From: Chrysemys picta bellii
Lineage: Eukaryota
Assembly: GCF_011386835.1 (NCBI RefSeq)
Contig: NC_088792.1
Coordinates: forward strand, 40,176,001-40,240,000
Direction of reading: 5' to 3'
DNA length: 64,000 bases
The translations under genes and the position numbers were made by a program. The notes under the pieces were generated by a model. The model had not been told where the DNA came from. It did no database searches and was given only the letters and a program-made list of their open reading frames with translations. Below are positions 23,888 through 36,941 of this stretch, piece by piece (the stretch's first letter is position 1; every line of letters begins with the position of its first letter).

Positions 23888-26848
23888 ACTGATTGCTAAA
23901 CGTCAAACCTCAAGGCTACTAGACAAATAGTTATTATCTCAGGAAGTTTGAAGGGACTAGTTCTGAACTGCTGGCAAAAGCTATACAAAACTGTGGTTCA
24001 GCAAACTGTGGGTCACTTTTATATGAAATCATGATATTAATTTGATAACAATCCTCTCTTTACTCCAGTTATTCAAGAACCTATACCACATATATTGTTT
24101 GCATTCCTTTCTATTTTTATTTCATTTCAATTACAAGAATGCATTTTACTCCTGAGAATGTAAATAATGCATAGATCAGAAACAAATTACAATCAAACTC
24201 CCATTAAGCATTTGCAGTTATTTTGAAGATTTTTGGTTCAGTTTAAAATTTAGAAGACTATATTTAAACGTTCAGAAGGGGCATGGTATTGAACTCTATG
24301 TAAAAGTAAAACTTTTAAATGGCACTTTTTACATTTCAGACCACATAAACTGAAGTTAGATACAGATGTTCATTTTCAAAAAATTATTTCTTGGACACAG
24401 GGATATAAAATGGAACTTTCAGAATGTATTTTTGTTGCAGTCAGGTCTCCTTGCTCTGCATAACAGCATTCTCTACTTGCTGTAAGAAATATAGTCTATT
24501 ATTCTACTGTGCTTCTCTATCAAAGAATGAAAGAACCATACATATTAAGGCTGAATGAATTTCAGTTTCTATTATTGAATTTCGACAACATGCTTGTGAT
24601 AGTAACATCATATTTTCAGAAACAGGATTTAAAAAGATAACAAACCTCACAACAAGCTACCTGTCAAAAGTTGTCATTTAAAATTTCCATTTTACTGTTA
24701 TGAGAGAAGACTATCTCCTACAGATTATTTCATCGGGACTTGCTTAACACAAAAATAAAATACACCTTTATAATAACCATCTTGGTACTTTACACCATGG
24801 GTGATATTCAAAGCTTAAATATTTTTCCTTAACAGGTTAAGACACACCATATTAATAAACCAATAACAGATTAATGAGCAGGTGATATGCCATTCTATTT
24901 AGTGCTGAGATAGACATTGTTAAAATAATGCAACTCTAAACCCTAAATCAGCAATGAATGACCCGCAGTGTGCATTGATCATTCACTTCATCAAATAGAC
25001 TGTATTTAATCAAGAAATTATTGACACTTCTTCTGCACAAACATACCTATGGTGGAAGATTGATGAACTTCACATGCTCAGACTACAGCCTTACATCTTT
25101 ATTATTTTCTTTTCATAGCCTCACCCCTTTCCTTTATTTTCTCTAGTGATTTACAGTAAATAATATTCTTGTATGCTTCCTAAAGGCAAAGCCCTAGAAA
25201 TGTAAGCACGGGGTTGGACATATAATGCTGAACAAGAGTATATGAAAACCTTCCTTCTGGGTTTTCTCTGAACTGACATGTGAGCCCTCAACAACCTGCA
25301 ATTCCGAAACTCAGTGGTAGGCCCTCTCTGTCTGGCATAGCCCTAGGTGGATGTTTTTAAAACTCCTACATCTATCCTGTTCATGTCACTCAACTCTTCA
25401 CATTTGTATCAAACCACCTGTGCAAAATGGGGTTAGTTTTCTTAGACTATTTGTAGAAGGGCTACAGGACTCAGTTTGGGGTTAACTTTTTGGGTGGCAG
25501 GGGAGGGAGAATAAAGTGTCCTTTTGTCTCTAAAGATGGATGTTTAATGATAATAAAATACTTGCATTTCCAAACCTAACCCATAATGTTAAACACAGCA
25601 GCTTTCAGTTGTTATTCTTAGCCTCCTATTATGCTAAAAATGTTTACCCTATCCCATTTATCAGCCAACTTTTCCCAAGCATGCCAAGACTTCTCTGGCA
25701 ATTCCCCCTATGGATTAAAAGCATGTAGAGGTCTATGGGATATGATGACCAGGAAGAGGACCACGTTTTGGGAAAGACTGGGTAGCTGATGAGAACCCAC
25801 AACATGTGGCTGGCCTGATGCACTAACAGGTGTTTCTAGGAAAGTTTTGAACTAGAGGACCCTGAAATGGTTACAAGCAAACGTGGTCAGCCCATGGTAC
25901 CACAGCAAGGTCTGGAGCTATGCACCTGCCAGTACCTGAACTAATGTGTGCTGAAGAGGGGAGGTAAACTTTACCGGTGACACTTACAACTTGGTTTTGA
26001 GAGATAATGAGCAACCTCAACTCCAACTGAAGTCAGAGGGAGCTGGAGTTGCTCAGCACCTCTGAAAATCTGGCAATAAGTGAAGACAACGCCCATTACT
26101 AGAGACCCACATAGAGAACGCAGCCTATTTAGTAACCGCAAGGAACCCGCTGAGCCCAGCGGAGAACAGGGGCTCCCTTTTGCAAGCCTGCTCACCTCCA
26201 GCGAGGAGGTGTGGCAATTATTGCTGCGCTTTACAAAAGCAAGGTCTCTCCGAAAGGCTTTGGGGGGCAGGGCCGGGTCACAGCGCCCTGGAGACTCGGG
26301 CTCCCTGAGTGTTCAGCCCAGTTAGGTGACTAATTAAGGCCATTCTGCCTTTGCAGCGCGTCTCTCCCACCGCCCAAGTATCATGGCTGGAATTGAGATT
26401 CCTGGGCCCTACTGAGAAGTTGGGACTCAGGAGAGAAACACCCCCCCAACCCACATACACACACACCCTCAGCTGAGCGGCTCCCGATTTACCCCCAATA
26501 TACCCGGGAAGAGGGAGCGGGTAGGTCCCAGCTCCATCAGCTACAAGCAGCGATCGTCCCACGGACCCCGAGGCAAGGGGCAAACCCAGCCCCAACCGCA
26601 GCATCTAACTGCAGACACCCCTTCGCTGAAGGGGGGACAGGCTCGATCTTCCTCGGCCGTTCAGCAAAGTGGGGTGGGGGCTACAGGGGAGGCTGGGGCA
26701 GGGGGCTGGCCTCACACAGCTTTGGAGCCTGGGGGGAACCGGATCTGAGGCCACGGTGGTGGGCTGCTGATCGGCGTGTGCCTGGCCGGGTGCCCCGCCC
26801 GCCCCGCCGAACAGCCCCGCCAAGGGACTGGGGAACTTCAGCAGCAGC

Positions 26849-26857
26849 TCTTACCCT
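26849..26857 (-). other. 5' splice donor of exon 1
   Basis: Minus strand reads AGG|GTAAGA, with GT at 26854-26853. Confidence 0.8.
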
Positions 26858-26963
26858 GAGGTCGCCGCGCCGTCTCCCCGTCCACGAGCTGGAAGCGGGC
26901 TGCCAAGCACTGGGCAAGGAAGAGCGCTGCAGCCGCTAAGTGGCCGTGCCTCGGGCTCGCCAT
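26855..26963 (-). CDS. PLXDC2: First coding exon (109 nt, phase-1 intron) encoding a signal peptide; likely plexin domain-containing protein 2
   Basis: GGCG-ATG-G strong Kozak context; translation MASPRHGHLAAAALFLAQCLAARFQLVDGETARRPQ+G; ends at CAGG|GTAAGA. Resembles the recalled mammalian PLXDC2 N-terminus ([30 protein letters not shown]). The identity is from memory and needs BLAST confirmation. Confidence 0.65.
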
Positions 26964-29900
26964 CGCCCCGAGCCTGCCGGGCTCGCTCGTTCGCTGCGCC
27001 GCTCGCCTGCGGGGGGCCCGGGAGAGTCACGCAGATCCCACTGCTAGCCGCGGCCGGGGCGCCTCTGGTTCGCATCGGCTCCCCTCCAGCCGCGGGGAGA
27101 CGCCTGGCTCGGTCCCTCCGGCGGGAGCAGCCCCAAGAACGCAGCAGCAGGCGAGGACAAGCCCAGCTCCGGCCGCCAGGCGCCCAACTCTCCCTCCTTG
27201 CGGCGGCTGGCCGGACCCCCCCTGCCCGCCCAGTGGGAGGGGGGCTGGTGGCTCCTCTCCACGCGCAGTTCAAGGCAAAACCTCCCCCCTGCCCGTCAGC
27301 GCCGGCACCGGAGCGACACGGCTCTGCGCGGCTCTAGGGGAGGAGGAAACAACATAAGTTTCTCCCCCCCCCCCCTCCCCGCGCGTCTTGTTGCTCCAGC
27401 CCCGTGGGTTCAGGCCAGAAAGGCAGAGCCGCTCCTCGCAGCGGAGGCGCGGGATGGGGAACCAAGCGAGGAGCCCCGCAGGCGAAGCCGGTGTCTGGCG
27501 GGGCCAGCCGTGCGGGGAACTAGTTTGGGGCTGGAGCGGGCGCCTCGCCGCTGCTGCCTGGTCCTACGTGGGGAGCGCGCGCCGCTGGCTGGGTACCCCG
27601 AGCGGCCCCGCTCCCCTTGCTCGGGTCCAGGCTGCCGGAAACGACCTGCCCAATTGCTGCACTTTCCTGGGGCTGAGCTAGCGAGAGAGAGGAGCCCCCC
27701 TTCCTCCCCCTCGGGAGAGGCGGCTGGAGCGCGAGCCGAGAGAGGCAGGAGCTCTGCGCCCAGCGCCCCCCAGCCCACGTCGGGCGAGAGGGGGCCCCAG
27801 TTCCCCACTGGCGCCCGGATTGCTCCCGGCCCCCAGCAAACACAAAGGGGGGCTCTGCGAGGAGCAGCGTGTCCGTAGCAGCGTTCGTTCGGGGGAGGGA
27901 GGGGGGAGTTGGTGGAGGATGGAGAAAGGGAATCAAATTAAAAAAGGATTTGTCCTTAGACGGGAGGATAAAGAGGCATTTTGGTTATTGATGGGAGGGA
28001 TGTCCCTGAAAATCCCCAAACTCAGTGAGTTTTTCATGGTCCTGCTGCTGCCATCTAAAGTGCAAAGAAGAATATTAGTTAGAGAAACTGGCTTGGTCCT
28101 GACTTTTGCTTATGTCAGTTTCTGGCATTGAGATCAGCTGGAGATCGGGAAAGAGGGCTGGAGAATAAGCGGTGTTCAAGGGAAAGGAACAGTGGCAATC
28201 TGCTCCCGAGAGCTGTTTGAGAGAGCGTGGAGATGGGTGAAAGAGAATCAGACAGTGTAAGTGGGGAAGGTCACGCTATGTCTCTGGAAAGTATCACTGT
28301 AGCCAACCAGAGCACGAAGTCTATGGAACAGGAATCCTGATTTTTATAAATTCCTCTGTTCAAAATCTTTTTTTTTTTTTTTTTTTTTTTTTGCAAAGCA
28401 AAGGCATATGGAATATTTCATACCAATAAACACTTTTAATGAGGAGATGTCACTAGTAATCCTTTTTGGACAAGTCAGCCCCTTTTGATGCAAAGTAAAT
28501 GGTTGTGACAGATAGATGTACAGTACTAAACTATCGGAACTATGGTTAATACGTTGCAAAGATTTGTCCACGTGCTTAATTTAATGCACTCTGAATAATC
28601 CTATCCCGTACATAAATCTTTGCAGGATCAAGGGTCCATGCGAGTAAAACTAGCGGAAAGCGTGTATGTCTGTCTCAGGCACAGAAATGAAAGAGAGACC
28701 ACTTTGTGTTAGAACTCACCCAGTTAAGTAGACCATTGCTATAGTAATTCTCATGGAGAAACCTTAATGTACCATATACCCTTTCAACCCATGATAATTA
28801 AACAGGGCTGCTGCACTTCAAAAATAATTTAACTATTAATATGTAACCACTAAAAGAAGCAGCGATGAGATTTTATCTTCATGTAATTTATATCACTGTT
28901 TGTGAGATTAAAAATGTATCGGCTCTGTTATAATTGTTTTACCCTTTAATGTCTTGACACACTTATGCATAAAGCATAGCAGAATGTCTTTTAATGCATA
29001 TTTTCCCTATAAGCAGAACTTTGCACAGGCATTTGCTATGAAGTAGACTATATATCTGAGCCATTTGCGGAATAATATCTGACCCAGCTAAATACTCTTG
29101 GGTCCATTATGTTTGTCCTGCTTAAGGGTCTTTATTATTTGCAGGAGATTAGCAGAAAGATTTATCAGTCAAACCAGATATTATTTGTTAACAAATAATT
29201 TTAGAAATGCTGTCATTGTACTAGAAAGAGAAACTGAAGATAGAGAATGTGCTAAATTGAAGACTAGGGTGACATTTTGGCTCCATTTAAATCAATGGCC
29301 ATTTACTCCAGTGGGGTCAGGAATTCACTCTGGAGAACTGGGTCCTGCCACAAACTGTGTGTGTGACTTTGGCCAAGTCACCTGAAGATGATCTTTAAAA
29401 AGGTGAAATTTTAAAAATTGTTTTTTTTTAACTTTATGATGCATAAAGAATACCTGCTAGGTTTCGTTTGTTAACCTTAGATGTATCAGGAATGCAAGTT
29501 CAGTCTTCCCAGCTTCTGCTGGTGCTAGAGATGGGAATCGTGAGCTCTCACATTTTAATGGAAGGAGCAACTATTGAATTTTTAACAAAGACATCCTTTC
29601 TTGCAAGTGTTAATCAGGCATTGACATTAAAAAGGTGAGAACAAAAGCAAAATAAGAACCAAGGAACCTTTAGCAGTTTGAGTAAAAATGTCCTCTGTTT
29701 TGCTCAGCATTGTTATGATGTCATACATTCACTCATTCTTCAGTCACACTAGAGTCTTCCAGTGAAGGAAAGATCTGAATGTCTTATATGCACTTTTCTA
29801 GATTATGATTATTTTATGAAGAAGGCCTGAAAGCATTTTTAGAGAAGCCAAAATGAGTGCAAGCCAAATTTTCTTTCTTCATTTGCAGCTTGGTGCTAAG

Positions 29901-30960
29901 TATTATTATTTACCTGGATTTATCGTTTTAGATTTATATTCCTTATACTTGTCTCACAAATACTCTAGTGCTCAAAGAAAGTGAGGTATTATACTGGCTT
30001 GAGCCCAAGCAATCTGTACATAGGAGTCATACAAGGTTCCCCACACAGCTCTGACAATTTACAATCATAAACTGAAACAATCCACTTTGGTGGTGGTATG
30101 ATTTGGACACATAGGAATTAGGATAAGAGCATCAAATTCACTTTCACTTGTGCTCTGATGAGTTAGAACTAGAACATAGATCTCCAAAGATGAAAAACAA
30201 ATACATTACTCTTCTGCACTATAAAAGACAACCAATATACATATCCTGGTATAATTTGTGTGTAAAGAGACAAGTAAAACCTAATAGTGTGCCAGGAAAA
30301 AAAAAATCAGATGAAAGTTAACAATACTATTGTGATCAATGGCAATATGTCATTGCTAAGAGGCATTCATAGCAAAGGTAGAAGATATTTATTCATTTAT
30401 ATTAATAAACTATAACAAATTGTGAGAAGGTACCTTTCTTTGATGGTTCTTTGACTCAATGGATTCAACTGGTTTTGGACAGGATAATTTTTCATCTCTA
30501 TAATGTTGTTTTACTCTCGCCCTCCTTTACATATTGTCCTATGTCTCTAAGGAACCATTCCTCAGCTGGCCTATATCAGTGTAGTTGCACTAAAAATCAA
30601 TGAAGCTGCTCTGATTTACACCAGACAAGGATATGGTCCTAAATTCTTATCTTCCTACTTAACTCCAGCATTCCTGATTGTATCATCAATCACCCCAGGA
30701 GGATAGGAGAGACCCATTTGTTGTCTGGAACTGCCTCACTACTTTCAAATTCTCTCTCTCGACAACACACTGGTTTCACTTTTTCTTCTTCTTGTATCAG
30801 AGTCTTTCAACCCCACAACCTTCTCAGCTTCTTGCATCATCTTGGTAGAGCAGAGCTTTAACCACTTCTTATTTCTCCCCTTCACATTAGGACATATATG
30901 ATAAATCCTGCAATATCTTGGGAAAGTATTCTAGGAGTTCTTTGTATTAAAAATGCAAGA

Positions 30961-31549
30961 TGTTATGTATTTCCATGAGGGAGAGGGAGCACAGCCCTCC
31001 AGGAACTGTGGGGGGCGATTAGGCAGTTTCACTCAGGTTGGAATACCTCCAGAGAACTACTACCGCCACCTGGCCAAAGGCTCACATATACTGGTTCAGA
31101 CTTGATTCTCCAGCAGACCAGCAGACAAAGATGGGATTTTTGGTTATATAGCCTGAGTTATAAAACAAAACAAAACAAAAAAATAAATAAATAACCCAAT
31201 GTAGAGCTTTCTTTCTGATCCAACAAATGGATAGGAATTCTGGTCTAAGGGGGGGCCCAACCCCTAGAGAAGGATGGGCAGGTCTTTTACCTACTGAGGC
31301 CCCATAAGACCTGGGGAGCTGGTTCTGAGCTGAAGCTGTGATTAGCTTGTGCCCACAGGAAAAAGCCCTGCATGGGAATTGGGGTGCTCTCTGGTAAGTT
31401 TATTAGCATGTATTTTTTTTCTTGTATTGTTTCACTATTTTTTTCTCTGTAATGCTTTTACTTTAAGAATAAAAGCATCTGCTTCAAAAGAGTTGTGTGG
31501 TAATTTAGAGCTGTTGGCTTGTATCAGTCTGTCTTTTGGGGAATGACAT
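30961..31549 (+). mobile_element. LTR-like element
   Basis: TGTTA...TGACA termini and AATAAA at 31468; no TSD recognised. Confidence 0.55.
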
Positions 31550-31550
31550 T

Positions 31551-32276
31551 GTATAGTCAGGAGCCTGGATGGCCTGGAAATACCCAGGTCAGAGGGAAGA
31601 GAGATTCCTGTCTCCACCAGAGAGAGGGGGTCACGGCGTCATCGGGCAAGGCTCTGGAACAACTCCATACGAAGCCAGTCAGGACTCTGGGGGAGCCTCC
31701 TCTCTCTGAGCAGACTGTCTCCAGGGCAAGAAGCTTACACAGCTTCGACCTTCCTGGGTCTGACCTTGGAGCATTCAGCATCCCCTTGCCCGCCGTGCGC
31801 TTCTCACAGCGAATCTGCACAGGTGGGGCTCCTAGGGAAGCCAGAGGGCCCTGCACCCCAATTCCACAGTCAGATGTGACTCTCAGCCAGCCAGTAAAAC
31901 AGAAGGTTTATTAGACGACAGGAACACGGTCCAAAACGGAGCTTGTAGGTACAGGAAACAGGACCCCTAAGTCAGGTCCATCTTGGGGCCAGGGAAGCCA
32001 GAGCCCCGTCTGGGCCTCCTCCATTTCCCCAGCCAGCTCTGAACTGAAACTCTCCAGCCCCTGCTTTGGCATTTGTCTCTTCCCAGCCAGAAGGTCACCT
32101 GATCTCTTTGTTTTCCAACACCTTCAGTTGGCACCTTTGCAGAGGAGGGGCCCAGGCCATCAGTTGCCAGGAGACAAGGCATCAACCATTCTAGCTACTT
32201 AAGAATTGCATAGGGGAAACTGAGGCACCCACACAGTATTCAGAGAAAACATAAAGAACATTCCCACTTCATTGCA
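31551..32276 (-). mobile_element. LTR-like element, abutting the previous one
   Basis: TGT...GCA termini, minus-strand AATAAA (TTTATT at 31907), residual CpG richness; no TSD recognised. Confidence 0.6.
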
Positions 32277-34135
32277 GAGGGGATGGCTGAGAAGCCTGGA
32301 GCTTACAGTGGGTGCTCTTATTGGACCGTAGAGGGGAAATTCAGATGCAGCTGCCCAGAACTGACACATATCCTACCTTTTTTTAATCATAGCAAAAAAG
32401 TGAGGGTGCTGGCAAGGTGACTGTGTTCTTTGGTGTGTACACACATAGCCCCCAGAGGGAGTTGGCTCCTCCCATGTTGTCTCTGGAAGTCATTCTGAGA
32501 GGATGTTGTTGGGATGGGGTGTCTCTTCTTCCTACATCTGGGAAAGGAGAAAATGATATGTACCTGTAGCATCAGCAGCAAGAGGGGAGTTACCCCTGTA
32601 CCCTCTTCCAGCAAGAAACAGATGTGGGTATTTATGTATAATGAAGTTGTACCTACTGTCATTATGTGGGGAAACGTTGGCTGCTTGTGCTAGCTCACTA
32701 GTAAGTGGACCACAAGTAACAATACCTTCTATTGTAGATGTGCTGTCTTAGTATAATTAACAAATACACCATACTTTTAGGGCCCTTAGACTGCATCTGC
32801 AAGGATTGTTCCACATGAGAACTGACGTGTGTGGCCCTTACTGTGCAAATATTCCATGACCTAATCTTATATATCTTTTGACCATGAAGTATTTTAGGTA
32901 CAGTTATTTGTAGATCATGTTTTTTCAGATTAGTTATAAAAATATTAAACACAAATGACCAAAATTAAAAGTCAATAAAAAGAACAAGGAGTGAAAGTAT
33001 TTGATTGTGTTTCAAAAAGAACTCAAGTTGCATTGGTTTGAAAAGTAGACACTGACTTTTGGAAGTTTCTCTGTTCTGGGCATGTTCCTTTACATTTTTG
33101 GGTGAAATGAACATACCAAAATATTGTAGCTAAGCAGTAGCAATGCATCAAGGTGGAGAAAAAATTGTGGGTTTTTTTGGGGGGGGAGGAAGGGCAATCA
33201 GGTTTTGTTATTTAAACTATAAGAAGTTCTTCTTTTTAAACATAAACCTGTTTAAAATGAAATCTGAATTTAATACCAAATATGTTAAGGACTAAAATTA
33301 TAATCTCTTAAAACATTTAAATAAAAAATAAATATGCTTAATCCATGAGCCTGTATCAAGAAATTTTGAGTTAAAGCTGCTTTTCTATATAAAGAATCAG
33401 GGGAACAACATCTATCTTTTAAGGGCAAGCTTTATGAATATTGCACAGTTGGTCATGTACTGTACTAAGGGCTTGATCCTGTGGGGGACTCAGGGGCTGT
33501 GCTACTGGGCGCAAGAGACTGGCAAAGTCATTACAGGCATTGGGACTGGGCCTCTGACTCCAGGAGACACCATAATGTATCTGTGTGGAATCATATACCT
33601 ATTTTATGGCTTCTCCCTACCTGAGCTCTGATTGGATCACCTCTCAAATAATGAATATTTATGACTCCACACATCATGAAAACTTACTCTTCAGCTCATG
33701 GAAAAACACTGATCTGCCCAGTAACTACTAGACCTTGCTTCTGGATGTTTTAAGTAAATGGTGTTCCTCTGTCTCCTTGCATGTGTACATAGACAGGGAT
33801 TCAAACAAACAGAAATCCATTAGTTTAACTGCCTCTCAGTCTCTAAACAAATAAAATACTGTAGTGCAAATGGCATGTGGGTTATACGAGCAGAAGTCCC
33901 ATACTGTTTTTAGTTCTTTTGTGTTTCTGGGAATAGGGAGGGGGAATTATGTAACAAGGGAGCAGAGTAGAGTGTGCTACCAGAAAAGAGCAACACTAGT
34001 GTCAAAACAGGACACCCGGGGAAGAAGGGTCAACGTTCTTCAGAGTGCAGCCTCTAGTGTTGATTTCAGCACCTGGGAACTGGAGGGGGGAAAAAAAATC
34101 TGCCATAGCTACAAATAACCCTCCTTCCCCCCCCC

Positions 34136-36560
34136 CCAATTTGGGAATATTTTCAAGAAATGCCTGCACTTCTGGGTAAAAAAGGAACACGTGCCAAATG
34201 TAAAGAGTTCAATAAAAAGATGCAAGGCCTGAAGGCCTGGTTGTCAGAATGAATCAACATTATGAAAAATGCTCATCAGAAGACAAGGTTTTTGCAGATG
34301 ATTGTTCAGACATGTCCAATGTGGAGCAACTGGATAGTAGACTTATTTTTGCACCATTCTTAGGGACTGCCTACCAGGTCTTACTATGCTAGTAGATAAC
34401 ACAAATTTATGGCAATAATCTGAATTGGTTGGATTGTTTACTTTAGAATTTGAAAATGTTTTTGTACAAAATATAATTGATATGTTTGTTGTGGGAGTTT
34501 TTAACAACAACATTTTTACTGTTATTGCTGGACTTCTGAAATGATTGTTTTATCGCTAAATATAATTGAACAGATGAAGATGTCCTGTTTAAAGTTTTAT
34601 TAGGCGTTTATGAATTTTAACATTTAAAAAAAAATCAAGCTGTTTCATATGTTGCTAGAGATAACCGTTTAAATTGATTTAGATAATCCCTATGATTTAT
34701 TAATTATTTTCCCTGTAAAACTGATTTAGAAAAAGATATAATATAAACAGTGGTACAAACAGCTGAAGTACGAGGAATCAACCTTTTTTTTTTTTTAAAT
34801 GCAGTGCACTCAGTGAGTGAACGTGACTTTTTTTTTTTTAAACCATTTTGTTCAGGGTCCATTTTAGACATAAGGGGTTATGAACATCCATCAGTTGCAA
34901 TGTCTACAACTTCAAAGTCATCTGCTGGTACCACCAGCAAGTGCTTCAATGACACATTAAGTTACCTGTAACAAAAACAAACTAAGGGACTGTCTTCATT
35001 ATTCCTGGCCTGGCTGCCTCCCTGCAGCCCTAGTATCTCCTCAGACCTATGCTGCAAGGCCTCAGCCTGGGAGGTCGCCAAACCAGAGGTCCCCAGCTCA
35101 GCCTGCCCTTTCCCAGTACTGCTCTAAGATATCCCTGTCTCTACCAGGTAGCTAGGTCCTTCTTGCTCCACTGCTGGAGCAAGACTGACTTCCTTCTTCC
35201 CAGGAGCCCTTCTTATACTGGCCCAGCCAGGCCCTGATTGGCTGCCCTCAAGCCCAGTCATGATTGGCTCCCCAAGGCAGCCCTTTCCCAGGGCTGGTTT
35301 TTAACCCCTTCCAAACTGGAGCGGGATGACCGCCCCGCTACACAAGTTCAGAACAAACATTTCATTCACCTGGTTCAATTGTTACAACCAGGCTACACTC
35401 CACCTGGCAGACGTTGCTGGAAGATTGCTGGATACAGTATATGAGAAGGAAATTGAACAGTGTGCAAAAAACATTGACAGGAAATTTGTTAATCTGAGTC
35501 TTGATGGATGGAGCAATGTACACAATGATACTGTAATATGTGCTTGTGTGACAGCAGGAGACGGGGTTGTCTATTTTACAGAAACAATTGATACATCAGG
35601 AAATACCCACACAGCAGAATACTTACAAGAAGTAGCAGTAAAAGCTATAAACAAAAATTCAAGTGTCAAGTGTGTAGCTTTATCCCAGGCAATGCTGCAA
35701 ATGTAGCAAATATAAGAAAGAAGATAATGAAGGGAACCTGAAACTTGTAACATAAGGGTACAGTGCTTATTTGATGTATCTTTTAGCGAAAGACTTAAGT
35801 ACAACTCCAGGAATAAAGGAAAATGTTGCTGAAATTGTAAAATATTTCCATAACCTTCAGTTTCACTGAAGAGAGCAGGAGAATCCAAACTAATTCTCCC
35901 CCAAGTTGTACAATGTAATTCAGTGGTTGACTTATTCTGAGCTATTTATTGAGAACTGGCCTATTCTGATGACAATTTGTGAAAAAACTGATGACAAAAT
36001 AAATGGAACTATCACAGCCGAAGTAGTCAGCATCGGACTAAAGAGAAATGTAGAAGATATGCTGAATATACTGAAACCTATTTCCGTAGTGTTGGACAAA
36101 CTGCAGAAAGATTGCTACTGTATTGCTGATGCTGTTGAATTTAGAAAGAACTTCAAGATACATTGAAGAAAGAAATACCCAACAACAAAGTTAAATTGCA
36201 GGCAGTAAAAAAGATAGATCAAACACTTAGTTTCTTCCCAGTATTTTCAACCCAAAGTAGATGCCTAATTGCTGAAGAAGATGATGCTGCTGTGACATGG
36301 GCATCTAATAATCACCCATCAATCATGCCACCAATAATAAATTTCAGGGCTGGTGCTGAACCATTCAAGCAGTACATGTTTGATGATATTTTAAGGAAGG
36401 TCACCCTGCTGTATTGGTGGAAGTCACCTGGTAAGCACCTGGAACCAGAACTTATTGAAGTGCTAAACCAGTTTTTGACAGCACTAGCCTCTTCAGCAGA
36501 CACAGAGAGAATATTTTCTTCATTTGGACAAATTCATCGAAGTTGAGAATTGATTGGGAG
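34136..36560 (+). pseudogene. hAT transposase pseudogene (BED finger, catalytic region, dimerisation motif)
   Basis: BED-like PIWEYF...RAKCKEF...HYEKC at 34136-34272 with an 8-bp duplication frameshift; LSLDGWSNVHND in ORF 35326-35706; LKPISVVLDKLQ in ORF 35906-36166; WWK...ASSADTERIFSSFG in ORF 36163-36546. Confidence 0.85.
34967..35342 (-). mobile_element. Solo or partial LTR inserted in the transposase
   Basis: Minus strand begins TGTAGCGGGGCGG, has two CCAAT boxes and a TATAAGAA box, and ends TGTTACA. Layout is like the 9032 LTR. TSD not clear. Confidence 0.7.
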
Positions 36561-36941
36561 GTTAAAAAGCAGTAAAACTTGTCTATGAATAAAAATGTGG
36601 AGGGAGGGGATGAGAACTTCTAGTTTTAAAAGATTGAAGAACAGCTGAAGTAACCTAGGAGGCTGTTTGACTCATTTTCAAGAGACTTCGGGGAGTAAGA
36701 ACTTAAGCTCCAGTTACTTTCACCTACACATAGTTGAAAATTTCCCCAGGTTGACCTGAAATAAGCAATGTAATTCACTGACTATTATTCACTCTGTTCC
36801 TTTAATAAATAATATGTAGATGTGAAACATATTTTGTTAAGAGTAGTTTATATATCCAAAACATTTAAGGTAGCAAAAAGATGTACCAAATCTAGAGGAA
36901 AGTCTCTATGTAATTGTAAATCAAAATGTTTTAATGGTTAT

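Larger units (their letters stand above)
26270..27900. promoter_or_regulatory. CpG island: promoter, 5' UTR and first exon of the minus-strand gene
   Basis: Non-repetitive, GC- and CpG-rich 1.6 kb with no TIR or TSD, inside CpG-depleted DNA. Contains a strong start codon, a splice donor and GC boxes. Confidence 0.85.

Noticed and set aside
27044-28131. Several 70-226 aa ORFs in the CpG island
   Set aside because: Expected by chance in GC-rich DNA. Most start at non-ATG codons and have no domain signal. The real coding signal is the short spliced exon at 26855-26963.
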